DNA from: a virus
Taxonomy: Duplodnaviria > Heunggongvirae > Uroviricota > Caudoviricetes
DNA: 32,572 bases
Strand: one strand, 5' to 3'
IMG/VR virus record: IMGVR_UViG_2802429232_000006
The translations under genes were made by a program, and so were the position numbers. Under the pieces are notes generated by a model that searched no databases, was not told the DNA's origin, and worked only from the letters and a program-made list of their open reading frames with translations. The stretch's first letter is position 1, and each line of letters opens with the position of its first letter. Positions 1-8,219 of this stretch are shown here, one piece after another.

Positions 1-900
1 TTACCTTAACAGCGGGCAATCTGGTGGTAGCCGGCAACGCAATGCTGCCGGAAGTATTTCGATATGAAAATGTTGTCCGCTTAACGGTTCGCCATCAAGA
101 TTAAAGGTGATTTCATGCGGCGCTTGTATTTCGAACCATGCTGAAGCGCCGTCAATAATATTCGGGTTTTCTTCGTCAGGTTTTAAGGTTGAGAAGAGAG
201 CTGGAAGAATTTCATCGCCGGTGAAAATACGCAGTTGTAATAAACCATCATTGATCAGCGCATTTGGGCACAGTTGTTGACCTCCACCGGCTTGACGCCC
301 GTTGCCAATACCAATAACCAGCGCATCGCCTTGCCAGTGAAAATTTTCACCACGGATTTCACAGCGATCCGGTTGCAGCGTATCCATGCGCATTAAGCCG
401 TGAATGATGTAAGAGACGCCACCTAGCGCGGCTTTTAATTTCTCGGGTGTTTCCGTGGTGATGCGCGTACCAAATCCGCCCGTCGCCATGTTGATAAAAC
501 AGGTTTGTTTGTTGACCTGTGCCATATCAATCGCAATAGCGTTACCAGCAATTGCCAGTTTAAGTGCCTTATCCAGCGCCTCAGGAATACCCACACTGGT
601 GGCAAAATCGTTCGCTGTACCTAGCGGCAATATCCCCAAAGCAGGAATTTCATTGCCCTCACACTGAATCAACGCCGTGGAGACTTCATTAATAGTGCCA
701 TCGCCACCGCCGGCAATCACCGTTGCAACGCCAAGCTGGCGGGCTTCCTCAACAAAACGCGCAGCATCACCTTTCTCCCAGGTAACCCGCACATGGATAG
801 TCATTCCTTCCTCACGCAGCAGCATAATTGCTTCGCGTAATGTTTCATTGTCAGCACTTTTGCCGTTAAGAATCAGTAAGCTGGCGGGAAAATCTGCCAT
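1..900 (-). CDS. yegS: Lipid kinase YegS (diacylglycerol kinase-like), host gene
   Basis: 299-aa ORF with the GGDGT nucleotide-binding motif of DAGK-family kinases; recognised as enterobacterial YegS from memory; higher G+C than the cargo islands. Confidence 0.85.
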   Translation of the reverse strand: MADFPASLLILNGKSADNETLREAIMLLREEGMTIHVRVTWEKGDAARFVEEARQLGVATVIAGGGDGTINEVSTALIQCEGNEIPALGILPLGTANDFATSVGIPEALDKALKLAIAGNAIAIDMAQVNKQTCFINMATGGFGTRITTETPEKLKAALGGVSYIIHGLMRMDTLQPDRCEIRGENFHWQGDALVIGIGNGRQAGGGQQLCPNALINDGLLQLRIFTGDEILPALFSTLKPDEENPNIIDGASAWFEIQAPHEITFNLDGEPLSGQHFHIEILPAALRCRLPPDCPLLR

Positions 901-986
901 GGTCGTATGCCTTTATGATTGGTCTGTAGATAGTGTAGAGCAGAAAAGAAAAGGCGGTGTCAGAACAGGATGAAAGTCGTAGTACA

Positions 987-1013
987 AAAAAATAAGCCCG
1001 TGTAAGGGAGATT
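987..1013. other. attL: Prophage attachment site attL core (P2-type 27-bp core)
   Basis: AAAAAATAAGCCCGTGTAAGGGAGATT lies between the yegS start and the int stop; matches the P2 att core as I recall it; no second copy inside the window. Confidence 0.6.
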
Positions 1014-1092
1014 TAGGGTGTCACCAGTAGGGGCTTTCAACGGTACAATGCGGGTTTGAGCGGCATAAATTACCACTGAAAGCCCTTAAACG

Positions 1093-2106
1093 TTACTCTA
1101 CTGTGGACACTATGTGGACACTCTCGGCCTCAGTACCACCTCTTAGCGGATTAAGAGAAATGGCGTCCTGAAGGTACTCTGGCGCAAAATGAGCGTAAAC
1201 CATAGTTTGCTCAATCCGCGTGTGACCTAGTATCCGTTGTAGCGTGATAATACTTCCTCCATTAATCATGAAATGAGTGGCAAAGCTGTGCCTTAGTGCA
1301 TGTGTGGCTTGCCCCATTGGCAAATCCGGTTTTATTGCTTTCATTGTTCGTCTGAAGCGAGGGTAATCAGCATCAGGGAATAAAAAACCTCGTTTGTTAT
1401 CCGCGATCATTTTGGCAACAGCCTCTGAGATCGGGACGGTGCGTGGTTTGTTTGTTTTCGTTTTAACAAACGTGACGCGGTTATGGATGATATTTTCTGC
1501 TTTCAAACGAGCTGCTTCTCCCCAACGTGCTCCAGTACTCAGGCAAAGAATCGCAATCTTTTTGTTGTCGCCGTCAAGAGCAGCAAGCAGTAAGGCAATT
1601 TCTTCCTGCGTGAGATAGCCTGTGTCTGGTTTTTCCTCCTTAAGCCTTTTTGTCCCTCTGATAGGGTGCTCACCAAAGAATAACTCCGCTTCAATCAGGG
1701 CTGTAAACATGCCGCTAATACATGTTAAATCACGATTGATACTCGAAGGTTTAATACCCTGACTTCTTCGGGTGGCGCAGTACTGGCTGATAAGCGATTT
1801 CGTAATTTGAAATGCGCATGGGTCATTCGTTATTTTTGTGAAGATTTCAATTTTTCCAAGATTAGATTTCCCATGCTCTTCGTGTTTACCCTTTAAATCC
1901 CACCAGATCTGTGTCAGCTCCGACAGACGTCGCTTGTCTGTTGGTTTTGATAGCCATTCTTTATTGTGGTGGTTGTACAACGTGTATTTCTCGAAAGCGA
2001 CAGCTTCGCTTTTCTTATCAAACTTCCTACGGATGCGTTTTCCATTACGTCCAGTAGGGCGGATGTCCACTTCATATCGACCATCATCGAGTTTTTTGAT
2101 TGCCAT
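1093..2106 (-). CDS. int: P2-type tyrosine integrase
   Basis: 337 aa, the P2 Int length; C-terminal R...HxxR...Y catalytic region (HALRHSFATH, MVYAHF); adjacent to att core and C repressor. Confidence 0.93.
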   Translation of the reverse strand: MAIKKLDDGRYEVDIRPTGRNGKRIRRKFDKKSEAVAFEKYTLYNHHNKEWLSKPTDKRRLSELTQIWWDLKGKHEEHGKSNLGKIEIFTKITNDPCAFQITKSLISQYCATRRSQGIKPSSINRDLTCISGMFTALIEAELFFGEHPIRGTKRLKEEKPDTGYLTQEEIALLLAALDGDNKKIAILCLSTGARWGEAARLKAENIIHNRVTFVKTKTNKPRTVPISEAVAKMIADNKRGFLFPDADYPRFRRTMKAIKPDLPMGQATHALRHSFATHFMINGGSIITLQRILGHTRIEQTMVYAHFAPEYLQDAISLNPLRGGTEAESVHIVSTVE

Positions 2107-2221
2107 CAGAAAACCCTCCGAGTGGTATGTTTTTTTGCGACTACTAATCGCTTTTTTCGTGGTGGCTGAAATTTAGCCACCAATAGTAGGCACTTGTGAT
2201 GAATATATTCACGATGAATTG

Positions 2222-2521
2222 TTAACCAGTCTTTTGACCGGAGTGGGGCGACGTTGTTTCGTTTTGCCCAAAGTGTGCGAGAGCGGGCGCAATTTGCCCG
2301 GACTCAGGAGCGATCTGATTGGTCATGAACCATAAAGTGTATTTGGTGAATTGTGGGGTCTGCAGGATGTTCATCATGACATCTGTTGGAGGTGTTGAAC
2401 GACCACTTTCATAGTAACTCAGCGTGCCATACGGAACCCCTGTTAAATCAGCAAGTTGTTGTCTGCTCAAATACTCTGATTTTCGCATTAAGACTATCTT
2501 CTCGCTTATCGTGTTTGACAT
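2222..2521 (-). CDS. C: Immunity repressor C
   Basis: 99 aa (P2 C length), HTH-like segment LSRQQLADLTGVPYGTLSYYE; divergent from cox across the operator region. Confidence 0.9.
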   Translation of the reverse strand: MSNTISEKIVLMRKSEYLSRQQLADLTGVPYGTLSYYESGRSTPPTDVMMNILQTPQFTKYTLWFMTNQIAPESGQIAPALAHFGQNETTSPHSGQKTG

Positions 2522-2635
2522 GGTGTTTAGATCTCAATAGTATTTAGTTTAGATGTAGATTGTTTAGTGCTTGGATGTGGGCACTAAAAGGCATTATAAG
2601 ACATTAAACGCAATTCATGAGGGCTAGAGGACGAC
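2522..2635. promoter_or_regulatory. Pe/Pc divergent early promoter-operator switch region
   Basis: Intergenic between divergent C and cox; direct repeats GTTTAGAT at 2525-2532 and 2547-2554 (22 bp apart) plus partial GTTTAG at 2562-2567, consistent with P2 C operator half-sites. Confidence 0.6.
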
Positions 2636-2911
2636 ATGAGCAAGCAAGTAACACTCATGACTGATGCGATTCCTTATCAGGAGTTCGCAAAACTAATAGG
2701 AAAATCGACAGGAGCGGTTCGTCGGATGATTGATAAAGGAAAGCTGCCTGTAATTGATATGACCGATCCACAATCAGCTTCAGGTCGTGCAGGTGAATAT
2801 TGGGTATACCTTCCGGCATGGAATAACGGACTAAAACTGGCTTATGAAAGCCGCCCTAAAGAGATTCGTGACGGCTGGTTGATGTGGTTAGGTCTCGGTG
2901 AACCACGTTAA
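2636..2911 (+). CDS. cox: Cox excisionase / transcriptional regulator
   Basis: 91 aa (P2 Cox length); first gene of the rightward early operon. Confidence 0.9.
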   Translation: MSKQVTLMTDAIPYQEFAKLIGKSTGAVRRMIDKGKLPVIDMTDPQSASGRAGEYWVYLPAWNNGLKLAYESRPKEIRDGWLMWLGLGEPR

Positions 2912-2921
2912 GGAGAACCGT

Positions 2922-3092
2922 ATGAATGAGCCTCGTTGTATTGCTCAGTTACTGCGTAACGAAAGCCCCAGGGCGATTGACTTCACCATCACCCACGGTA
3001 AGGGGCGTAAGGGAATCATTATCCGCACCAAAAAACAGAGTCCGTTAAAAAAGGCTCTGACCTTTCTGAAAAGCCGGAGGGTATGGAAATGA
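2922..3092 (+). CDS. Small early protein (P2 orf78 position), hypothetical
   Basis: ORF track gives a GTG start at 2898; an in-frame ATG at 2922 preceded by AAGGAG (2909-2914) is more plausible; basic 56-aa product. Confidence 0.5.
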   Translation: MNEPRCIAQLLRNESPRAIDFTITHGKGRKGIIIRTKKQSPLKKALTFLKSRRVWK

Positions 3093-3589
3093 CAGTGATG
3101 ACGCTCAATCTCGTTGAAAAACAGCCAGCAGCTATGCGCCGGATAATTGGTAAGCATCTTGCCGTTCCTCGCTGGCAGGATACATGTGATTATTATAATC
3201 AGATGATGGAGCGCGAACGGTTAACGGTTTGCTTTCATGCGCAGTTAAAACAGCGTCACGCAACGATGCGTTTTGAAGAAATGAACGACGTCGAACGTGA
3301 ACGGCTGGTTTGTGCAATTGATGAATTGCGTGGGGCATTCTCAAAACGCCGTCAGGTTGGTGCAAGTGAGTATGCATATATTAGTTTTTTAACAGTCAGT
3401 CAGCGTCGTACTTTATTTATGCATGCGGGATTGACTGAAAAAGAATTCAACCAGCCATACTGGCGAATTAATGAAGAATCATGTTACTGGCGTGATGCTT
3501 TATTCCGTGCATTACGTGAATTATTCAGCCTGTTTGAGTATGCACCGACAATTCTGACGTCGGTAAAACCAGAGCAATATCTGCATTAA
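3083..3589 (+). CDS. B: Replication protein B (helicase-loader-associated)
   Basis: 168 aa (P2 B is about 166 aa); GGAGGG RBS upstream of ATG 3083; position between cox and A. Confidence 0.8.
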   Translation: MEMTVMTLNLVEKQPAAMRRIIGKHLAVPRWQDTCDYYNQMMERERLTVCFHAQLKQRHATMRFEEMNDVERERLVCAIDELRGAFSKRRQVGASEYAYISFLTVSQRRTLFMHAGLTEKEFNQPYWRINEESCYWRDALFRALRELFSLFEYAPTILTSVKPEQYLH

Positions 3590-3652
3590 GTAATTAACCA
3601 GAGTTTTTAACGCACTTAATTGTGCGGGGCTTCTTTTTGCCTGGAGAAAGTC

Positions 3653-3877
3653 ATGCATACAGTTTCTGAAAATCAGTGCGGTAAATACGCATTACTGCTG
3701 CAACAGGCCAGAACCGAAGCACAGGCCGACGCAGCGACGCGCTTTTCTTCTCATCTTGACGCCATGATTCGCCACATCACAAAGGCGGAGTTATCCCGCG
3801 TGGAGATAGTCGAGCTGCTCAGTCAGGAGTCGGAAAAATTTCACAATATCGGATTGTCTCGCGGGGAGGTGCTTTGA
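3653..3877 (+). CDS. Hypothetical early protein (P2 orf80 position)
   Basis: ORF 3620-3877 has a TTG start; ATG at 3653 with GGAG 6 nt upstream is preferred; 74-aa product. Confidence 0.55.
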   Translation: MHTVSENQCGKYALLLQQARTEAQADAATRFSSHLDAMIRHITKAELSRVEIVELLSQESEKFHNIGLSRGEVL

Positions 3878-4179
3878 TGTCCTGTTCTCGTTCAGTTGTA
3901 TTACTGAATAACGCCTTAAAAATCGCCGTTATGAAAAATGGCGATTTATCTCTTATTCAACTTGGTCTTGATAAAGAAAAACGCGAAATAACTGAGTCTG
4001 TTATCGCGATTTATCAGAACGAATTAAATCTCCTGTCTGATGTGGTCAATTTACTTGTTAAACGCGCTGTATTTCACAAGCAAATCTCCTCCGTGGATGA
4101 ACTGACGAAATTAACGACAGAAATTGCCAGCTATTGCGCTGATGAATTTAAAAAACTTAACGACAAAAGGAGCTGGTAA
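3874..4179 (+). CDS. Hypothetical early protein (P2 orf81 position)
   Basis: 101-aa ORF, start overlaps the upstream stop (ATGA coupling). Confidence 0.6.
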   Translation: MMSCSRSVVLLNNALKIAVMKNGDLSLIQLGLDKEKREITESVIAIYQNELNLLSDVVNLLVKRAVFHKQISSVDELTKLTTEIASYCADEFKKLNDKRSW

Positions 4180-4403
4180 TGCCGGACAACGTAGATTTTA
4201 TTCAGGAACAACAGGCTGAATTACTGGAGCGCCAGATTAACGCGGCAAGGGTAAAGCATTGCGGTGTTTCTGCGCTGGTTTGCGAAGAGTGTGACGCGCC
4301 AATACCTGCTGCCCGTCGTGCGGCTTATCCGTCAGCCACGCGTTGTGTTTCCTGCCAGTCAGTCTTTGAAGCAAAAAACAAACATTACCGGAGAACGGCA
4401 TGA
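4179..4403 (+). CDS. TraR/DksA-family C4 zinc-finger protein (P2 orf82 position)
   Basis: 74 aa with CxxC...CxxC (CEECDAPI ... CVSCQ) typical of TraR/DksA-like phage proteins. Confidence 0.7.
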   Translation: MPDNVDFIQEQQAELLERQINAARVKHCGVSALVCEECDAPIPAARRAAYPSATRCVSCQSVFEAKNKHYRRTA

Positions 4404-4675
4404 GTATTCGTATTGAAATTGGCGAACGTTATGTCGTTACCAGTGACAGCTTTCAGTTTATTCTCCACGAGAAAAAGAGAGCTGAAAGCGGTAAAAACGC
4501 CGGTCAGGAATGGCTGGCGGTGGTTGGTTATTACCCGAAATTAAGCCAGCTCGTTTCCGGCCTGATGCATCACGATATTCTTACCGGAAGCGCAAAGTCT
4601 TTTGCTGATTTAAACGCGCAGGTTGAGCAACTCAGCAAGCGTTGTTCAGAGGCTTTTAGCTCATATGGCCGTTAA
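4400..4675 (+). CDS. Hypothetical early protein (P2 orf83 position)
   Basis: 91-aa ORF, 4-nt overlap with the upstream gene. Confidence 0.6.
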   Translation: MSIRIEIGERYVVTSDSFQFILHEKKRAESGKNAGQEWLAVVGYYPKLSQLVSGLMHHDILTGSAKSFADLNAQVEQLSKRCSEAFSSYGR

Positions 4676-6785
4676 AGCCTCCGGGCGTTTTGTCCCTCCG
4701 TCAGCATTTGCCGCAGGCACCGGTAAGACGTTTACCGGTGCTTATGCATGGAACGCGCCACGCGAGGCCGTCGGGTGCGAAAGACCCCTTACACGTGACG
4801 AGATGCGTCAGGTGCAAGGTGTTTTATCCACGATTAACCGCCTGCCTTACTTTTTGCGCTCGCTGTTTACTTCACGCTATGACTACATCCGGCGCAATAA
4901 AAGCCCGGTGCACGGGTTTTATTTCCTCACATCCACTTTTCAGCGTCGTTTATGGCCGCGCATTGAGCGTGTGAATCAGCGCCATGAAATGAACACCGAC
5001 GCGTCGTTGCTGTTTCTGGCAGAGCGTGACCACTATGCGCGCCTGCCGGGAATGAATGACAAGGAGCTGAAAAAGTTTGCCGCCCGTATCTCATCGCAGC
5101 TTTTCATGATGTATGAGGAACTCAGCGATGCCTGGGTGGATGCACATGGCGAAAAAGAATCGCTGTTTACGGATGAGGCGCAGGCTCACCTCTATGGTCA
5201 TGTTGCTGGCGCTGCACGTGCTTTCAATATTTCCCCGCTTTACTGGAAAAAATACCGTAAAGGACAGATGACCACGAGGCAGGCATATTCTGCCATTGCC
5301 CGTCTGTTTAACGATGAGTGGTGGACTCATCAGCTTAAAGGCCAGCGTATGCGCTGGCATGAGGCGTTACTGATTGCTGTCGGGGAGGTCAATAAAGACC
5401 GTTCTCCTTATGCCAGTAAACATGCCATTCGTGATGTGCGTGCACGCCGCCAGGCAAATCTGGAATTTCTTAAATCGTGTGACCTCGAAAACAGGGAAAC
5501 CGGCGAGCGCATCGACCTTATCAGTAAGGTGATGGGCAGTATTTCTAATCCTGAAATTCGCCGGATGGAGCTGATGAACACCATCGCCGGTATTGAGCGT
5601 TACGCCGCCGCAGAGGGTGATGTGGGGATGTTTATCACTCTGACCGCGCCGTCAAAGTATCACCCGACACGTCAGGTCGGAAAAGGCGAAAGTAAAACCG
5701 TCCAGCTAAATCACGGCTGGAATGATGAGGCATTTAATCCAAAGGATGCGCAGCGTTATCTCTGCCGTATCTGGAGCCTGGTGCGCACGGCATTCAAAGA
5801 TAATGATTTACAGGTCTACGGTTTGCGAGTCGTCGAGCCACACCACGACGGAACGCCGCACTGGCATATGATGCTTTTTTGTAATCCACGCCAGCGTAAC
5901 CAGATTATCGAAATCATGCGTCGCTATGCGCTCAAAGAGGATGGCGACGAAAGAGGAGCCGCGCGAAACCGTTTTCAGGCAAAACATCTTAACCGGGGCG
6001 GTGCTGCGGGATATATTGCTAAATACATCTCAAAAAATATCGACGGCTATGCACTGGATGGTCAGCTCGATAACGATACCGGCAGGCCGCTGAAAGACAC
6101 TGCTGCGGCTGTAACCGCATGGGCGTCAACGTGGCGTATCCCACAATTTAAAACGGTTGGCCTGCCGACAATGGGGGCTTACCGTGAACTACGCAAACTG
6201 CCTCGCGGCGTCAGCATTGCTGATGAGTTTGACGAGCGCGTCGAGGCTGCACGCGCCGCCGCAGACAGTGGTGATTTTGCGTTGTATATCAGCGCGCAGG
6301 GTGGGGCAAATGTCCCGCGCGATTGTCAGACTGTCAGAGTCGCCCGTAGCCCGTCGGATGACGTTAACGAGTACGAGGAAGAAGTCGAGAGAGTGGTCGG
6401 CATTTACGCGCCGCATCTCGGCGCGCGTCATATTCATATCACCAGAACGACGGACTGGCGCATTGTACCGAAAGTTCCGGTCGTTGAGCCTTTGACTTTA
6501 AAAAGCGGCATCGCCGCGCCTCGGAGTCCTGTCAATAACTGTGGAAAGCTCTCCGGTGGTGATGCTTCGTTACCGGCTCCCACACCTTCTGAGCACGCCG
6601 CAGCAGTGCTTAATCTGGTTGATGACGGTGTTATCGAATGGAATGACCCGGAGGTCGTGAGGGCGCTCAGGGGCGCATTAAAACACGGGCTGAGAACGCC
6701 AAATCGTCAGCAAGGAAACGGAAGCCCGTTAAAACCACATGAAATAGCACCGTCGGGCAGATTGAACAGGTGGGAACGATTGTAA
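4665..6785 (+). CDS. A: Replication initiation protein A (rolling-circle nicking endonuclease)
   Basis: ORF track starts at 4623, but ATG at 4665 (MAVKASGRFVPP...) matches the P2 A N-terminus as I recall it; HWHMM motif resembles HUH-type initiator; phage ori expected inside the 3' part. Confidence 0.88.
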   Translation: MAVKASGRFVPPSAFAAGTGKTFTGAYAWNAPREAVGCERPLTRDEMRQVQGVLSTINRLPYFLRSLFTSRYDYIRRNKSPVHGFYFLTSTFQRRLWPRIERVNQRHEMNTDASLLFLAERDHYARLPGMNDKELKKFAARISSQLFMMYEELSDAWVDAHGEKESLFTDEAQAHLYGHVAGAARAFNISPLYWKKYRKGQMTTRQAYSAIARLFNDEWWTHQLKGQRMRWHEALLIAVGEVNKDRSPYASKHAIRDVRARRQANLEFLKSCDLENRETGERIDLISKVMGSISNPEIRRMELMNTIAGIERYAAAEGDVGMFITLTAPSKYHPTRQVGKGESKTVQLNHGWNDEAFNPKDAQRYLCRIWSLVRTAFKDNDLQVYGLRVVEPHHDGTPHWHMMLFCNPRQRNQIIEIMRRYALKEDGDERGAARNRFQAKHLNRGGAAGYIAKYISKNIDGYALDGQLDNDTGRPLKDTAAAVTAWASTWRIPQFKTVGLPTMGAYRELRKLPRGVSIADEFDERVEAARAAADSGDFALYISAQGGANVPRDCQTVRVARSPSDDVNEYEEEVERVVGIYAPHLGARHIHITRTTDWRIVPKVPVVEPLTLKSGIAAPRSPVNNCGKLSGGDASLPAPTPSEHAAAVLNLVDDGVIEWNDPEVVRALRGALKHGLRTPNRQQGNGSPLKPHEIAPSGRLNRWERL

Positions 6786-7012
6786 ATACCCCATATAAGA
6801 GTTGTTCTTGCTCAACATGGCATCTGAACGCAAAGATAAAAGCCTGGGAGGCATACAGATAGTCCTGCTGTAAGTTAGTTGGAAAAAGATTGATTTACTT
6901 TATTACAGGAAGCCTCGATAAAATAATTCTAACGTGGATAAGGATATAAATTTATTATAATGAATCTGTCAATATTATAATAAATGTTATTTTTAAAGAG
7001 ATGAAAGGTAGG

Positions 7013-7042
7013 GTTGTTGTTTGTTGGTTTTTGTGATATAAT
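7013..7042 (+). promoter_or_regulatory. Putative sigma70 promoter for the cargo cassette (extended -10)
   Basis: TTGTTG (7013-7018), 18-bp spacer, TG-n-TATAAT (7034-7042); about 40 bp upstream of the cassette start. Confidence 0.45.
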
Positions 7043-7082
7043 ATTAAATTCATGTAACTAGTAAATGCAAATGGAAAAAAGC

Positions 7083-8219
7083 ATGAGAATAAAATCACTG
7101 GAGACATATAACTCTCACAGTAAATTGAAAATTAATAAAATAGAATTCAAATCACTGACCTTATTGGTTGGTGCTTCAGGTGTAGGGAAAACACAAATAC
7201 TTCGTTCTATCAATAAAATAAAGTCTATCGCACATGGTGATTCCGTTAGTGGGTTTTGCTGGAACGTTGAGTTTAATGCTGAAGGTAATGATTATCAATG
7301 GTCTGGTGAGTTTGAGGCGCTGGAGGATTATGATGATTTTACTTATGGAATGTTTCATTTTGATGATGACGACAAGGTTGAACCAAAAATTATAAAAGAA
7401 GAAGTTAAAATCAATGGTTCAATTATTATCACCAGAAGTGGCGATGATATCGTTTATAATGACAGTAAAACAGTTAAGCTGGCTTCTACAGTTAGTATAG
7501 TTCATCACTTGCGTGAGGAAGATGATATTTCGGTTATACACAAGTCATTTTCACGAATTGTGCAAGTTGATGATGATGAAATGCATAAGGTGTTTCCTAG
7601 AAAAAATAAAGATGCTTCAGAGGATGAAGAGCTTAGCATCAATGATATCAGAGAGAAGTCATTCTCTTTGAGTGCTAAGTTGTATTTGTGTCAAGAAAAA
7701 CAACCAGTCTACTTTCATCAAATTAAAAATTCATTTGTGGAGATTTTTCCATATATTGAAGATATAAAGGTGGTTAAGGTTGATACAAGAGGGATTCCTT
7801 TCTTTGTTCATTCTGTATATGCACTCAAGGTTAAGGAAAGAGGGATTGATGAGTGGATTTCGCACAATTCAATGTCTACCGGGATGTTGAAAACATTTGT
7901 CCAACTGGCATATCTGCATCTTAGCCCGACGGGAACTGTGTTCTTAATTGATGAGTTCGAGAATGGCTTTGGTGTTAACTGTATTAATGATATAACAGAT
8001 GTGCTACTACATCATGGTAATGATGTTCAGTTTATTTTGACGAGTCATCATCCTTATATTATAAATAACATACCGCTTGATAACTGGAAAATTATTTCAA
8101 GGAAGGCCGGGGTTGTTGATAACTATTCTGCGGATTTTTTTAATTTAAAAGAATCCAATCATGAGGCGTTTACTAAATTAATAAATTTAAGCGTTTATTT
8201 TGATGGTGCGGATAGATGA
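7083..8219 (+). CDS. ABC-type / AAA_21-like ATPase, candidate defense-system component
   Basis: Longest ORF starts at 7065; ATG at 7083 (MRIKSLE...) fits the family N-terminus. Walker A GASGVGKTQ, Walker B VFLIDEFENG, H-loop-like LTSHHP, signature-like SMSTGM; acidic inserts; AT-rich codon usage unlike flanking phage genes. Confidence 0.8.
   Translation: MRIKSLETYNSHSKLKINKIEFKSLTLLVGASGVGKTQILRSINKIKSIAHGDSVSGFCWNVEFNAEGNDYQWSGEFEALEDYDDFTYGMFHFDDDDKVEPKIIKEEVKINGSIIITRSGDDIVYNDSKTVKLASTVSIVHHLREEDDISVIHKSFSRIVQVDDDEMHKVFPRKNKDASEDEELSINDIREKSFSLSAKLYLCQEKQPVYFHQIKNSFVEIFPYIEDIKVVKVDTRGIPFFVHSVYALKVKERGIDEWISHNSMSTGMLKTFVQLAYLHLSPTGTVFLIDEFENGFGVNCINDITDVLLHHGNDVQFILTSHHPYIINNIPLDNWKIISRKAGVVDNYSADFFNLKESNHEAFTKLINLSVYFDGADR

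Noticed and set aside
455-973. Plus-strand ORFs (455-667, 677-973) overlapping yegS
   Set aside because: Antisense to a well-supported 299-aa kinase gene; low-complexity A/S/P-rich translations typical of spurious ORFs in GC-rich DNA.
1394-2176. Plus-strand ORFs inside or antisense to int (1394-1618, 1838-2176, 1966-2169)
   Set aside because: Fully overlapped by the integrase gene on the opposite strand; no RBS or conserved features.
2107-2221. Hairpin at 2160-2182 as an intrinsic terminator
   Set aside because: No U-tract follows the stem on the transcribed (minus) strand; the T-run precedes it on the plus strand.
6157-6495. ORFs 6157-6495 (+) and 6189-6437 (-) inside A
   Set aside because: Embedded in the A replication gene in other frames; no evidence for a nested gene.
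7176-7358. 60-aa minus-strand ORF inside the ATPase gene
   Set aside because: Antisense to the ATPase; AT-rich DNA generates such ORFs by chance.
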